A stretch of 64,000 nucleotides of DNA. It comes from Haplodiscus bocki. Taxonomy: Eukaryota. Shown in pieces: positions 12,401 to 24,817 of the stretch. The notes under the pieces are model-generated. The model was not told the origin of the DNA and ran no database searches. It saw only the letters and a program-made list of their open reading frames with translations. A program made the position numbers and the translations under genes. The stretch's first letter is position 1; every line of letters starts with the position of its first letter. Location: contig OZ296657.1 of NCBI GenBank assembly GCA_965655095.1, forward strand, positions 48,298,001-48,362,000, given 5' to 3'.

Positions 12401-14230
12401 GATGAGAGACTTCAACGCCAAGGTTGTGCTGCGTCTGACAAAATGCTATCTGGATGATTGCTTCTAGTGTAATCATCAGCAAATAGGGTGTGGACCTTGC
12501 TTAGATCCACAAGGAGACGTAGTTTTCCGTTGGGTTTCCTTTGTGCACAAATGGAACTTGCGAACCTAGAGAAGGGAAGCACTGTGATTATCCCATATTT
12601 CTACATTAGTGCCAACTCAAAGATCAAGTCTTCTGTCAGTTAGATCGTCATTGGCAAGCTTTGGTTGTCAGCAGCTTTGTTTTCTTTTGGTGTAAGTTTC
12701 ACCTTGAGCTCCGTGTTCAGAACAATATCCATTCGGTGTCCTGCAAAAATGTTGTGATACTCAATGAGGATGTCTTCTACAGCTTGTTTTTCAGCTTGAG
12801 AGAGCAGTGTTTCAGTCCAATCAAATCTTCCAAGGTTTTTTCTTCTTGATTCAGCATTGTCTGTGGTGTTTATTTTGTTTCCTTATTAATTCAGTCAATT
12901 CTTTGAGCTTTCGTGTCTCAATTGGGGTGTGATCCTCGTTTTTACCAAGATTTTCAGGTATTGGAAATCGGAATGTCTGGCTTAATTGTTCGAAATAGCT
13001 CATTCGAGCGAGTGGTGAGATCCGGATCACCTTCCGTAATCATACTGAGGATTGCCGTGTTCATTGGTTTAATGAACATGAATTGCTGCGGAGTAACTAC
13101 GGAGAACTCAGCAATCTGTGTATGCTGTCTGATCGTTTAAGGTGAATCCGTTGTGTTTGTTATTCTGACTGCTACTTTGTTGTCAATTATTGTTGATATT
13201 GAGTGTAAGAACAGCAAATTGGCTGTTTCCGTGAAACTTTCCAACGGTGTCGCAGTTCCTGTTGTGTTCCACTTTGATGAGTGATCAACAAACGCTGTGA
13301 TAGTTTTTGTTGTCATCGGTGGTATTGTCAATCAGGACAGCTTGGGGTTTGACACTCACTTCACTTGTGTCGCTGTGACATGCATCGCCAAGTAAGGAAC
13401 GTGAATGAGGCTAAGTGTAGTGTCAATGACTACACTATTGTGTCTCATAAAGTGCAAACCTGTGACTGGCCCTGTCAAATTCTACATCACGACAAAATGA
13501 TCTGCAAAAGTTTGCTCTGCAATGTCAAATTTGAGTGTGGCTGTTGCTAGCGGTTTTTCTAATTGGCCATTTGCCACTTGAATTTGAAGACTGGGTGGAT
13601 CGTCAATTTTGAAGATCTTGGCGTGGTTTGTTGGTTGATTCTGTCCGATTCGCTCTGGGCGACTTTACTAACATCGGCTCCTGAATCAACTAAGGCATCC
13701 ATTGTTAGGCTAATTTCGATATCCAAAGGGACATACAGATTTTTTTTCTTTCGTTTCAAGACAATTGTTTGTGGAGGGCAGTGGCATGTAGAGTTCTTTT
13801 GAAGTTTGATCGCTCACAAGTCTCTATTCAAAATGTGACTTTGTTTTTTTGGGAGGTGAAATGTTGTCATGTCGACTGTCATTCGCTGTCATATCAGTAT
13901 CGTCTCCTTGGATTTCAAGGTATCGTTCGTGGGAGTCATTGAGGCACTGTACTGATGGGTTCCTAGTTTGGTTTTCCGGTAACGGTTCCGTATCCGATCC
14001 GGAATTTTGAGGTGAGGTTCCCTTTAATGGTGACGTTTATGATTCAATATCATTGCCCTGTTTCATTTCGGGCTATGGGTTTCTTTGTGAGTTTCAGTGT
14101 TTGGGTTTTCATGGATATTATTTAAATTGGTCTCCAGAGATTGCTGCTAGGCAACCTCAGGGAGTGATGGAAGTATCATTTGTTTGGTCTCCAGCCTATC
14201 AATTGCAGCGCCGGTGTGAAGACGTGGAAC
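9410..14230 (-). pseudogene. pol: Gypsy pol remnant (aspartic protease, reverse transcriptase, RNase H, integrase)
   Basis: DALVDSGA (about 13700), SQAYHC and QYVDHIGVAAN (YxDD-like, 12190-12380), LQRYLALVNHY, FVSMTDA (RNase H), HGGFGKHPG (IN HHCC), TAMDVF and GMLERSH (IN core), KFLWIGP. Many stops and frameshifts. Confidence 0.92.
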
Positions 14231-14259
14231 TTCTATTTTTTCTTTTGGACTGCACTTGA

Positions 14260-14975
14260 GGATTTTTTAGACTGCTTTAATGGTCTCTTTCTGGACCTCA
14301 TTCTCTCCTTTTAGTCTTCTGTTCCGGGGAGGCAATCTTTTGGCTGCATGGGTTCCAAAAAGCATCTCTCTCTGGAGTGGTTTGTTTTTGTACATGCCTC
14401 ACAGCTGATTAAACAGTTTTTGGCTTTCGTTCTGCTGTTTTGCTGTTGTTGTTGTTGTTTTTTTATTATTGTTGTTCCTGTTGGAGTTATATTTGCTGGC
14501 ACCACCGTTTGTGTTCTCAGAACCACTTTGAGTCCATCCGGATTGTTCTTTCTGCTTTTTCAACTACCGCTTTTGATTTCTGTAATCTCCGGGTATCTTA
14601 CAATGCTGGCACGTTGGTTTGGGTTTTTCAGCGTTCGTATTTGTGGCATGTTGGCTCACAGTATTCACTTGTAACTCATCAGGGGTTTCCAAACCATTGA
14701 GCTCTAGCTCCCTTCCGAGAAGTGTAACAATCTGTTCATATGTGCCGTTTTCCGAAAGAGCCTGGTTTTTTTTTCTCAGGTGTGGTGGCATTTTGGCGTA
14801 TATCAATTGTTCAATGATGGCGTTGGCTGCTTTTCCGAATGCGTCTTTGGCCAGCGTTTGAAGTTCATCGAGGAAATGAACTAACTTTTGATTCGCTGGG
14901 TTGAACACAAGTCTCGGGAAATTGTGTTTCGCCGTTGCCATTGACTAAGGTTTCACGTATTTCCTACGGGAAAAG
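14260..14975 (-). pseudogene. gag: Gypsy gag remnant (5' part deleted)
   Basis: ORF 14564-14941 is capsid-like and followed by two degenerate zinc knuckles, CQHCKIPGDYRNQ and CEACTKTNHSRERC, upstream of the protease. Confidence 0.8.
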
Positions 14976-15227
14976 TGATTAACAGCAATTAAAACTGAAA
15001 TATTTTTCGATTGGTAAAATCAACCTAAAGCCTGTAAAAAAAGAGTTGTAGGAAACAAAATGAAAAGACTGATTAAAAGCATAGTCGGATAAAAAACAAC
15101 CATTGTGTCTTGTACTTTCGTTTCTCCTATTTATATCTTTCCTTGACGAGAAACATAATCGTTTACAAGCGAAATCAAGGTACAAACAGGGAAAACTGCT
15201 AACATTACTATTACATCAAAATTAGAA

Positions 15228-15241
15228 TGCCGACTATGGCG
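15228..15241 (-). promoter_or_regulatory. Degenerate primer-binding site, probably tRNA-Ser
   Basis: Minus strand cgccaTAGTCGGCA next to the LTR end; 11/14 match to TGGCGTAGTCGGCA, the complement of a eukaryotic tRNA-Ser 3' end. Confidence 0.4.
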
Positions 15242-16231
15242 GGAAAAAAACAAGTTTTCGAACCAATTCTTCGCTCATAGTACGCGCCTTTCCCATCTTC
15301 CGACACAAAATGACGGAGGTTTTCCGTCAGAGATGGACATCAAAACGTTTATTGCCGCGCCAACATTTTTTATGTAAGCTAAATACTATGATCCAGAAGG
15401 GAAGACACTAAAATTTTCTTCAATCAGGAAAAGGAAATAAATAATACAAAATGCACGTCTCATTTATTAAAGTAGTATTATTAAATGGTATACAAAAGTA
15501 AAAAATTAATCACCCTCGTGCACATTTCATCAGTAATTATAGTAGCTCAAAAGTCTCACTCTTTAGAAATGAGGAAAAACTAGTAGCACTACCAGTTTAC
15601 TCCTCATTCATACGAGTAGCGACTAGTGGTTTTTGGATAGTTCCGTATTCACTAGTAGTCATAAGGGTCTGTGCTCGAATGCGGAGTGAATCGGGAGTCA
15701 CTCCGTATTCACCACAGCACTGCGGCACGGCATAGTCAGTATAGTGGAAATGACGTCACCAGATTAGCAGGTACGAAACACTTACGGAGCAAATAATCAA
15801 TCCGAGAGTCAATGCACTTTAAATCAGTCAAGTTATTTGTAGCATCAATCTTTTTACAAGCTTTAATTTAAACTGCACTTGTTGCAAGCAATCAATCAGT
15901 CACAGTCGATTTCGTTTTAAAAAAGTGGATTTGTATTTAATAATCAAACAAATTTAGTAATATAAAAATAGCACTTTTCAGACAATAATACTCTGTGAAT
16001 ACTCGTTTGTTCCGTAATGGTTCCGTCCTAGTCTGGATCAGTTTGGTTCCGTATAAATACGTACCGGTATGAATGGACTTTTGTTATGGACACGTATAAG
16101 ATACGTATCCGTATATATGTACCATAGTTATAAGTATGTATGACAGTTGTAATTTAAAGTTTGAAGGAAAGTAATAACGTTTGAAATCATTCTGAGCATT
16201 GGGGTGTCTTTTGTGCTGGTAGGGGTTGACT
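15240..16231 (-). repeat. 5' LTR (outer ~14 bp poorly conserved)
   Basis: Direct-repeat homology to 2786-3421, e.g. shared ctctgtgaatactcgtttgttccgtaa and ggacttttgttatggacacgtataagatacgtatcc. Confidence 0.8.
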
Positions 16232-16639
16232 GAAGGTTTTGCAAGTGTGCTGCGGCAAAGTTTGCTTCTGTGATTAACTCCTGCAGTTGGCTGAGTTTTT
16301 CAGTGAAGTTTCCAATTTTTGTGCATTCACAGAGTTCTTACTATTCGTTACGCAAACCTCGTTCTCTACAAAATGAATTACGTTTCCTTCATTGGTGACT
16401 TCAACTAAAGAGAACTATCGAAAGTCAGCTTCCAAGAAACTGCGGCTGAGATCTGAGAGCACTGAAGCCACCCGATCCGCATCGCTTTCAGGGTTTTGCT
16501 GCTGTTGTTTCAAGGCTGGGAATACCTGTTCATCCGAAAATGCATTTTCAGTTCAACGTGTATTGACTTCTGGGCTTCGTGTCATGCCATTGAATTTTCT
16601 TTGCAAAATCGTTATGTACGATGCTCAGGGGAAAATTAG

Positions 16640-17490
16640 CAGTGGTAGATGTTTTAGATGCAGCACCTAACTTGCTTTCACGGCTTCTATGTTTTTATGC
16701 ACTGTCTGAACCGAAACAGTATTTTTGCTGAAAATTCGTTTGCACAGTTAAAAACTGCAAAAAACAATTGAACAGTATTTCTTATTAGAGAATCAATCAC
16801 GAGAAAAGGAAAACGAACAAAACCAAGAAAATGTGAAATCCCTTCGAAACTTCTGGCCCTTGCTGAACAAAGCTCGTTTATAACCTGTTGTGAAAACACG
16901 ACGCATCACAATTACAGAGCAAAACGAAATTACTTTGGGCATCAAGTGAGAGAAAACTGAAAAAAAAACTGATAAATTAGAGTTCCATGTTCCGAATCAG
17001 AAGCTGAAATTCTGGGGTTTCGCCAAGATATCTGTCCATCTGACTGTGACAGCAACAAATTTATCCGGATACTTGTTCAAGAAACTGAAGTTGATGGAAG
17101 AACAAGTTGTCACGCCTTTTCCAAGGATCACCACTCGAACGTTTTTTAAACCTTGGTCCTTTGCTCGGTTGTATGCACCTGTTCTAGGGTACACACGTTC
17201 GTCTGTTTTCAGTCCCCGAGATTTGGAAAACATTTTGCAGTTTTCTAATTTGCTTTCAATGTGTCGGCTAAGGACTTGAGGAGAAAAATTGGTTAACGGA
17301 CTTTCAATTGCTTGACAAACACATTGGTTAAAGTTCACCCTTGCCGTGATTAAATATTCTGCATTGTGGCCCACCTCCAAGTTTCAAGTGTAATTCAATA
17401 GTTTTCAAGGGATACTTGATTATTTTCAAAAACGCATCACGCTGAGTATCCATTTTGCTTGAAATGACTGCCAATGTTAACACAAAAACT
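16640..17490 (-). pseudogene. Probable penton (minor capsid) remnant of Polinton 2
   Basis: Lies directly downstream of the integrase, as in Polinton 1; only weak residual motifs. Heavily decayed. Confidence 0.4.
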
Positions 17491-17509
17491 ACAGAGACTA
17501 CACCACAAA

Positions 17510-18487
17510 TGACGTAGACCAACCTAAAATTGCATGAAACTTTTTCGGGGTACCCTCTTCAAAGTCGGCAACTGAAACTTAGATAAAAGCTCCTCGAACC
17601 ATAACCAACGTTCATTTCGCAGACAGAGATATCATATACTGATTTTCAAAAAAGACGAAATAAATTTGCGTGGAAGGTAGAAACGTGATCAATTATCTGC
17701 CTACCAACGATAATTGTTCATTCATCGAGCAGTTTTGGCCATTTAGGAGTAAAAACTTCGACCAAGGAAAAGGTAATGGATGTTATAAATTTTCAATAGA
17801 AGTTTTCAGAACATGCCTGTTGGTAACATTTTCCTGTGCTAGTGGTGTTACTGTTTTTTCTGGACTTGATAATGTCCAAAAAACTGGAACTCACTAATGT
17901 AACGAATAGTCCTTGTTCTCTGCCAAGTGTTTGTGTATTATATTCTTCAAAGATCGAACCTTCCTTTCTACAAAAGTCAACTTGGCTTCACTATGTGTCG
18001 TATACGTGTCAATCTCCTCTTCTCTGCTATAATCGCGAAAAACGCTTCTGAAGCTTCTTGCTTAATCAGACCAATTTTTTGTATTTGCTTCAAAATCATT
18101 TTTCTGAATGTTTTTGCAGTCTCCGTTGTTTTGGTCTGCATTGGTAAAACTCGCAGGTAGCGCGACAAATCAACTGCCACCAATCAAGTAATCGACTCGA
18201 TTGTTGAAGTTGGACAATTTATCGACAGATGCAAGGTCACTTGACAGAATCTCGTTTATATCGTAAAAATGACTTTGAGGCGGGGAAATTTTTCTTGAAC
18301 TGCCTCTATTTGATATGAGCATTTGTTCCTCTTAGAAAGCTTTATTCTCATATTTTCTTAGGTTCGCCACTAGTCGAAGGTTTCAAACAATTCCATAAGG
18401 AGCTCGCCCTATCCAATAATGTATGACGAGCGTTTCGAGATCAATTAGTGAGATGCTCGCAGCCCCTCTTGGCCGACGATTTTCCAT
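17510..18487 (-). pseudogene. Polinton retroviral-like integrase remnant
   Basis: VAVDLSRYLRVLPMQTKTTETAKTFRKMI (catalytic-core N-terminal strand and helix), upstream G..PYG-type N-terminal motif, downstream KFH/KFY-like tail. Confidence 0.75.
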
Positions 18488-19399
18488 CAGAGCCATCGCT
18501 AGGTTGCTACTCATATAATATTCCTGGCTTCTTGCTGGTAGCTTCACCGAGTCACCACTGTTGCTGGGACTTCCGGCTTGACCAAACGTTTTGCTTCTGT
18601 CTCAAACCATATGACTTGTAATGTCCAACTTGATCAAAATACTTTTTGAGTCTGCTTCGGTAAAGATTTTCCTTGTTTGTTGAAGGTTGTTCAAAAAACT
18701 GGTAGCGTTGGTTGGTTGATTCTCTCTCCAATTTTCAAAATATCTTCATCATTCATAGAAATTCTTGAGTTCTCGTCGATTTATACCAAAAATCATTGCG
18801 ATCTGTCTTTTTGCGAAGATTTCATCAGGGGAAGGCATTTCAATAATCAATTGTCAGGTTTCTCCAACTTCTGCTCTTCCTTGTTCAAAACTGTCGTTTC
18901 CTCTGCTTTGCTTTTTTGGAATGCTCTGTGTGAGGTGGACGTTGAAGCATCATAAGTAGTTGTGCTTTTTCATCCACAGTGGGACCATCCAAACTATACG
19001 GAGCCTACAACTGTTTTTTTGAGAAAAATTCATTCGGGAGGAGGACAAGTTCTTCAGCGATAAGGTTGTAATACATATGCATTGCAAGGCCGGCTGATCA
19101 ATTTCTGGAGGTTCAGGCTGTTTGCTGAAGGGTAAAATTGATGACGTTTGCTGTCGGCTGTAGAATGTGACCAAACACTTTTTTGAACGGCAGTAATTTT
19201 TTGTCATCATCTGAAAATTTGCGTTCAAAGTGATCACTACACACTCATAAGGACCGGGTGTGCATTGCTCCATGATACGTTGGTATTATCTCCTTCCCTT
19301 ACTATGTGCCAGAGCCTCAGTACAATCGCGGATCTCTCGCTTATCTGTAAAAGAAGTTTCTTTAGCTTGGGACGGAGGTACTTAAAAAAAGCTGCGCCG

Positions 19400-19970
19400 G
19401 GTTAATCAACAGTTGAACTCAACCACAAAAACTCACTGGTTCCCCCAGATCAAAGTTAATCAAAAAAGGCGCGAAAATCATTAGCCTTGCTCATTCTCAG
19501 AAATAGTGAAAACTTCGGATTTATTCAACTCCCTGCTGAAATGATTAATCTGTCAAGTGTAGCGCGGAGATTTGAACAAAATGATAGAACGATAGAACTC
19601 TAGATCGAGGCCATCTTTTTTGGGTCGAACAGACTATGCTAGACGATAATTCAACTGAGTTTTCGGTGACGTCCAGCTACTGCGAAGTTACGAAAAAAAT
19701 TTCTTGGTAAAGCCCCTCATACGAGTAAAAGAGAACCAGAAAGCAGTTTTACAATTTCTTCATCGTTTCGAAGTGAAGACTAGGGAAAGTTTCAATATCT
19801 AACTTTTTTTGCGTCTCCATGTTTGGTAAATTTTATAGGACTGGTACATTTTTTTGTCGGTTAAAATGTGGTTTCTGGGAAGCCAGAATCGAAAAAAAAC
19901 TTCCTCTGGATGCTTTTGGTCCCACTATTGCCATCAAAAAGCGATCGTTTGTAAAATTGAAATTATTTAT
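19400..19970 (-). pseudogene. Polinton A32/FtsK-like packaging ATPase remnant
   Basis: DRFLMAIVGP (degenerate Walker A), FAVAGRHRKL (Arg-finger GRH motif), IILFKSPR..QINHFSREL. Confidence 0.8.
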
Positions 19971-22005
19971 ATAAGTGGTTTGGTAGGAAACATCCAACGA
20001 CTGGAGATAGAATTGACACCTAATATGTTTTTTTTCGCGAGTGGATTCGTTAATAGATACCTTTATCAAGACGTGGCAACTAAAGGAGAACCTATAGAAG
20101 ATTGAGGGTGACTGTGATAATTAACGTTCGTTGGAAAACTTCCAGGAAGTCCGCTCGTTCCGGTCAGTTTCGCATACTATTTGTTCAGCTGCTACTGGGT
20201 CTGCTATGTGAAGTGCATGCCTGTACATTTTCAAAAATTCATGGTGAACTCTTTGCATTGCTGGAGCTTCTGGTATTGATATAAAAACTGTTTAGTATAA
20301 TTGTACATAATCCAGGTGATAAAGTGATCAGATGGAAGAAGTTTTAATTTACTTTGTTCCAATTCTGACGTCATGGAGTCGGCATAAAGAGTTCAAAAAT
20401 GTCATAATGTCCTTTTAGTTCTTTTTGTAGTACGGAGTCAGGGACAACTTCCAGAATATTAATACTCGAGTACTATGAGGGTTGTTTCAAGTGTTTGGCG
20501 TTCTCTTTTCCGATTAATTGTTTCATACGATTGTGCTATTTGCCAAGTTTTGCAGCAAAGCGTAGGTCTAACGAAGGAATCAACGGAGCTTATGCTACTT
20601 CTCAATGAATCGAACTCATTTAAAATGAATCATATAACCACCATTTGCAAAAATTCATGCTCACCTAATACCTTGTTTTGTTTTCTATTTAGACTGTTTA
20701 GGATATAGTTCTCATCGAGTCGTGATGGGTAAATGTTCCACTTCCGGTGTAAATTTACACATGGGGAGTCCGTTTCCTCCTTTCTTCAGCCATCTGCGGG
20801 TATTTTGAGTATGCTACAGGTGATCAAAAAGCCAGCTATCAAGCAAATTGACCTAGCTTCAACGCAAGGTTATAAGCAGGTCTATGAAAACTGCTGGTTC
20901 AAACAAATCGCAACAAACAAATTTTTGAAATGGAGAGCTTTTATAAAACCACGAATATGGAATCAGTCACGTTTGTGAAAACGTGTCTGAGGAAAAAACA
21001 TTTCTCGCTCACTTCAGCAATCACGGTTTATTTTGAGTTTTGAATTTTTGGAGAAAAGAAGGAGCTGAACACAAACGGTTATTCATTGTAACACAATTCC
21101 CAGTTCAACTCATCATTTTTATTGGTGAGCCGAATATACGTTGTCTCTGCCAAACCAATGCGGTCTGGAAGAAGATTCCACAGAAAAATTGTCTTGGAAA
21201 GAAGCGCTTTTGACAGATTGCTCTTCAATCACAAAGGGTTGATGTTTGTGACGAAATCTGTCGCAATCCATCAAAATGGCCGCCATCTGGACATCGTTAA
21301 AGCCAATCTTTATCGAAACGTTTGTAGTGGAGCGACAAGAGTGAAGTTTTTTGGGGGCTACTCTCAACTGATTCCTGCCAACACTGCAGCTGAAATTCTT
21401 CCGAGGATCATCGCAATGGATTAGTTCGAAAATCCGCGGTAAATGTTTTATCATGTTTAGTCAATCACTTTTCAAACAAATGTCCAGAGGTTCGTTCAAA
21501 ATCGAGTCCAACTAAAACCACTCCTAGTCTTTCTCCCCTCCATTCACCAGTTTAGTTGTGATTTTTGAGTTGGGAAACATTTTAAAACCGACTTGCTATG
21601 CATAACGAAAGATGCAGTCGTCAACTTCTACGGCTCAATCGAAGTCACAAATGTCTCAGATCGTTATGGTTTTGGATGGCGCGGCCACTAAACGAGTGGT
21701 CTCATGAATATTGTGCTTGAGTCATTAGGGTTTCAAAATTCGGCACAGACGTGAAAGTCTTGGCTGTTTGAATTGATTCTCGAGTCGGTCGATACAAGCA
21801 AGCGGCTTTAGTTGATGACAAGCGCTCTGTTGTAGTTCCGGAATTTTATCGGAGTTTTTTGTACATTGTGAAATAGGCAACCATTTTGGATTGCAAATTT
21901 TCAATATTGTGTATCGAGTTTTTTTAAAACAACCTCTTTTGACCTTCTTGAAAAAGTCATTCAACTGTAAAACACTTCTAGTTGTTTAGGAAGTGCGAGT
22001 CAGTG

Positions 22006-22299
22006 TTAATTGTAGTTTTCACATGATCTACCAGCATTAGCATTATCACATGCACCTGCTGCTACGCTTCCATGTGGAATGTAAGAGCATGTGCCACCAT
22101 TGAGACAGTAACCGTCAAAGTGTGTCGGAAACTCTGCCTCCTTTGATTTAGTAGTTGGGCTGCCTCTGGGCGTTTCTTTGGATCCTTCGCTTTTTAGTAC
22201 GAGTAACTCCGGAGCTGTTAGAGTTGATAAAATTATAATCGTTGCAATAGTTGATAACAAAAGGATCGTTTTGTCAGTACGTTGTTTCCTTGGTTCCAT
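22006..22299 (-). CDS. Membrane-anchored EGF-family growth-factor-like protein (97 aa; two cysteines mutated, probably pseudogenised)
   Basis: Basic N-terminus, hydrophobic ILLLSTIATIIILSTL, spacer, then [F]PTHFDGYCLNGGTCSYIPHGSVAA[G]ACDNANAGRSCE. F (ttt) and G (ggt) are each one base from tgt, which restores CX7CX5CX10CXCX8C. Confidence 0.75.
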   Translation of the reverse strand: MEPRKQRTDKTILLLSTIATIIILSTLTAPELLVLKSEGSKETPRGSPTTKSKEAEFPTHFDGYCLNGGTCSYIPHGSVAAGACDNANAGRSCENYN

Positions 22300-24337
22300 T
22301 CAATGCGTATTGTATGATTTTGCCTACTATTAGTCTTGAGAGGTGCCTGAAAAGTTTGGGAAATAGCTTCAAAAGCCTATTTTAAGCCAAATCTTTTGGT
22401 GTACGAGCTATCCCGATTGGTATATGATCATTAAACCCGTTGTAGGTCTTCCGTAAACCAAGGACCTTCCCCGTTGTTAGCACCCACCCCCATCCCTATA
22501 CTACTAACCTTTTCTTTCAAGGAAGTGAAAAACCGAAACAATCGTAATTATTTAGGTTCACAAATGTATCAGGTTAATTTTCTGTGATTTTCAAGCAGAA
22601 ACACGGAAACATAAATTTTTCATAGGGCGTTCCATACGATCAATAACTTGATATTCAGGATTCCTTCCTCGTAATTTTTAAAGTTCATTTTTTGCCCAAT
22701 TAGTGGGTGTTCCTGTGGTGGAAGGGGAGAGCACGAAGACCAACAAAACCAAAAGTTGAGTAAACAGAACACATTTCTGCGTAATAGTATTACAGAAATG
22801 AATACTCGATTCTATTTGAATGGAAGGATTCACATGACTACGTTTGAATTTCTCCGTCAATAGGGCTCACCTTCTGCAAAGATGTCATATTTGACCCGCA
22901 TTTTTCAGTCGTTTCTTCCAAAATGACTGACACATAAAATTTTGATTTTTTTTTCGTCAGCTTCACTTCTAAAGGACCAGTTGTAGTAAAATTCCCAATG
23001 CATATGGCGGTTTCATATCCCACCATAATCGATGTTTACATTATTTCCGAAAATCAACTACTCGACAATTTTCGAAAAAAAAATCCGTGCTACATTCATT
23101 TTAGATTTACCAAACGAGGAGAACAGACACAATTCAATTGCATATTTGGTTGAAAAAAGCTATCGGATGAACAAGGTTTTCCGAATTATTCGTCCACTCC
23201 AGAGTTAACAGCCGAAACGAGAATTTTCCCAGTGCTTTCTAACCACTTCAAGTCGAGCTATAAATTATAAACGTCAGGTTGACTGTTGCTTTCCTATAAT
23301 CATAATTCCGCTCGAGGAAATGAACCATAGGCCTTGTTCTTTCACTTCCGAATTTCATTGTTCTATGTAGAATTGCGGGGATACCACGAAATATACCTAA
23401 GTTAATTTTTATTTTGAATTACTAAGCATAATCCACAACCAATTGTTGTCTGACAGTCTCTCAGAAAAATACCCGTGTTTTTGATTTTTGTCTGAATTTA
23501 TTTCCTGCCGGGGTTCTAGCCAGGATTTTCAAAGATTTTGCCTCTTCTAAATACGGTTTGTAACATCCCTTTATTGCATAGATATCGTTTTTTAACCATT
23601 TTTAGGTTTCTCGTTGAACTCTGCTGTCGGTGTGAGAAAATCGTTTCTCCAAGCCCGTGCGCTAAGTCGCTTTTGTTTTTTACATCAAATTTGCCAATTG
23701 CACGATGAAGCACAAGCGCATGCAAAAACTTCTCATTTCGTCAATTTTTCCCCAAATTTCCCGTAAAACACGTCAAATATTGTGGTCTTCTCAACAGTTT
23801 ATTTGCCAAAATTAAGGTTTTTTTCGCAAAAAAGATTGCTTATCGATGTAATTTTGTACCTTTAGACATTTTTTTAGCTAGAGCATTTTAACGTTTCTTC
23901 CGTAGTTTGGAAGGCGGAAAACGTCCTGGAGTTAGTCGGGAGTCTTGTTAATGTAACATGGCCCAAAACAAAACATACATTCACTTGTTATTTTCTTCCC
24001 ATCAATTCTGAATTTGCGAACTGAAATTCAATTATGCTTACTCATGTACTATCTTCTTTTGTGAATTCGACCATTTACATTCTCAGTTTATAATAACATT
24101 GAAAATTTTCATGCCAATGACAAGAGATGAAAATGCTCTCGATTAAATTGCATTCTTCCGATAAAAAATCGACACTTGATACGTCCATAGTTTTTTCAAG
24201 TCATGTTATCGTTCACAAAGTTCTCCTGTGCAAACTATCTTCTCTTTTAAAAAAGCAGTTCATTGTGTTGAAAGTGAACTTCAAATCCGTTTATAGTTAA
24301 AAAATTAATACCTTTGATTTTGTTTTGTACAGTTATC

Positions 24338-24817
24338 TCATTCAGTTTTGCAATCAGCAGCACCGTAGTAAATGAAGTTAGCAAAATTAGACAGTATCAC
24401 ATACAAAATGGATCCTACAAACAGCATTGACAGCCAGCAGGCCATATTCGGCAGTAAATTTGCAGTATAGAGTGGCCCATGTTTAAGAACAGACGCCAGT
24501 TCCAGCCCAATGGCCAGCAGGTATATCCAGACTTGTACAGGTACTTCACTGGGTTTGATGATACCTCGGAGCAACTTGCGATATGCTAAGATGACGTTGT
24601 GGGACATGAAAGCGTGGATGAGCAGCCGAATTGCATTTAACGGGTGCTTTTTGTTCACACCAAAAACTCGCTTGAGCGTGAATGAATTGAGTTCGGCCAT
24701 GTTGCAGAAAAACAGCAAGATGAACACATACCAGGCCTGTGGCAAAAAACCGACAATTGATACAACGAAACTCAAAACAGCTTTATCATCAAGTCCTATC
24801 ACGCTAATACTGTGCTC
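24338..24817 (-). CDS. PTDSS1: Phosphatidylserine synthase, terminal exon (acceptor approximate)
   Basis: CNMAELNSFTLKRVF...HPLNAIRL...VQVWIYLLAIGLELASVLKHG matches the C-terminal PSS motifs ELNxFxLK, HPL and QxW...LE...KxG. Stop at 24338. Confidence 0.85.
   Translation of the reverse strand, partial: EHSISVIGLDDKAVLSFVVSIVGFLPQAWYVFILLFFCNMAELNSFTLKRVFGVNKKHPLNAIRLLIHAFMSHNVILAYRKLLRGIIKPSEVPVQVWIYLLAIGLELASVLKHGPLYTANLLPNMACWLSMLFVGSILYVILSNFANFIYYGAADCKTE

Larger units (their letters stand above)
2786..16231 (-). mobile_element. Large (about 13.4 kb) degenerate Ty3/Gypsy LTR retrotransposon with an extra 3' region
   Basis: Direct repeats at 2786-3421 and about 15240-16231. Minus-strand order is LTR, gag, PR, RT, RH, IN, extra region, PPT, LTR. 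No TSD found. Confidence 0.75.
16232..22505 (-). mobile_element. Polinton/Maverick relic 2 (right arm only)
   Basis: Ends in CCCTATACTACT at 22505, the same terminus as the complete Polinton at 52383. Contains ATPase, integrase and penton-like remnants in the same order as that element. Confidence 0.8.

Noticed and set aside
22678-23026. Short minus-strand ORFs with a GTGAG donor-like site
   Set aside because: No recognisable product or consistent exon chain.
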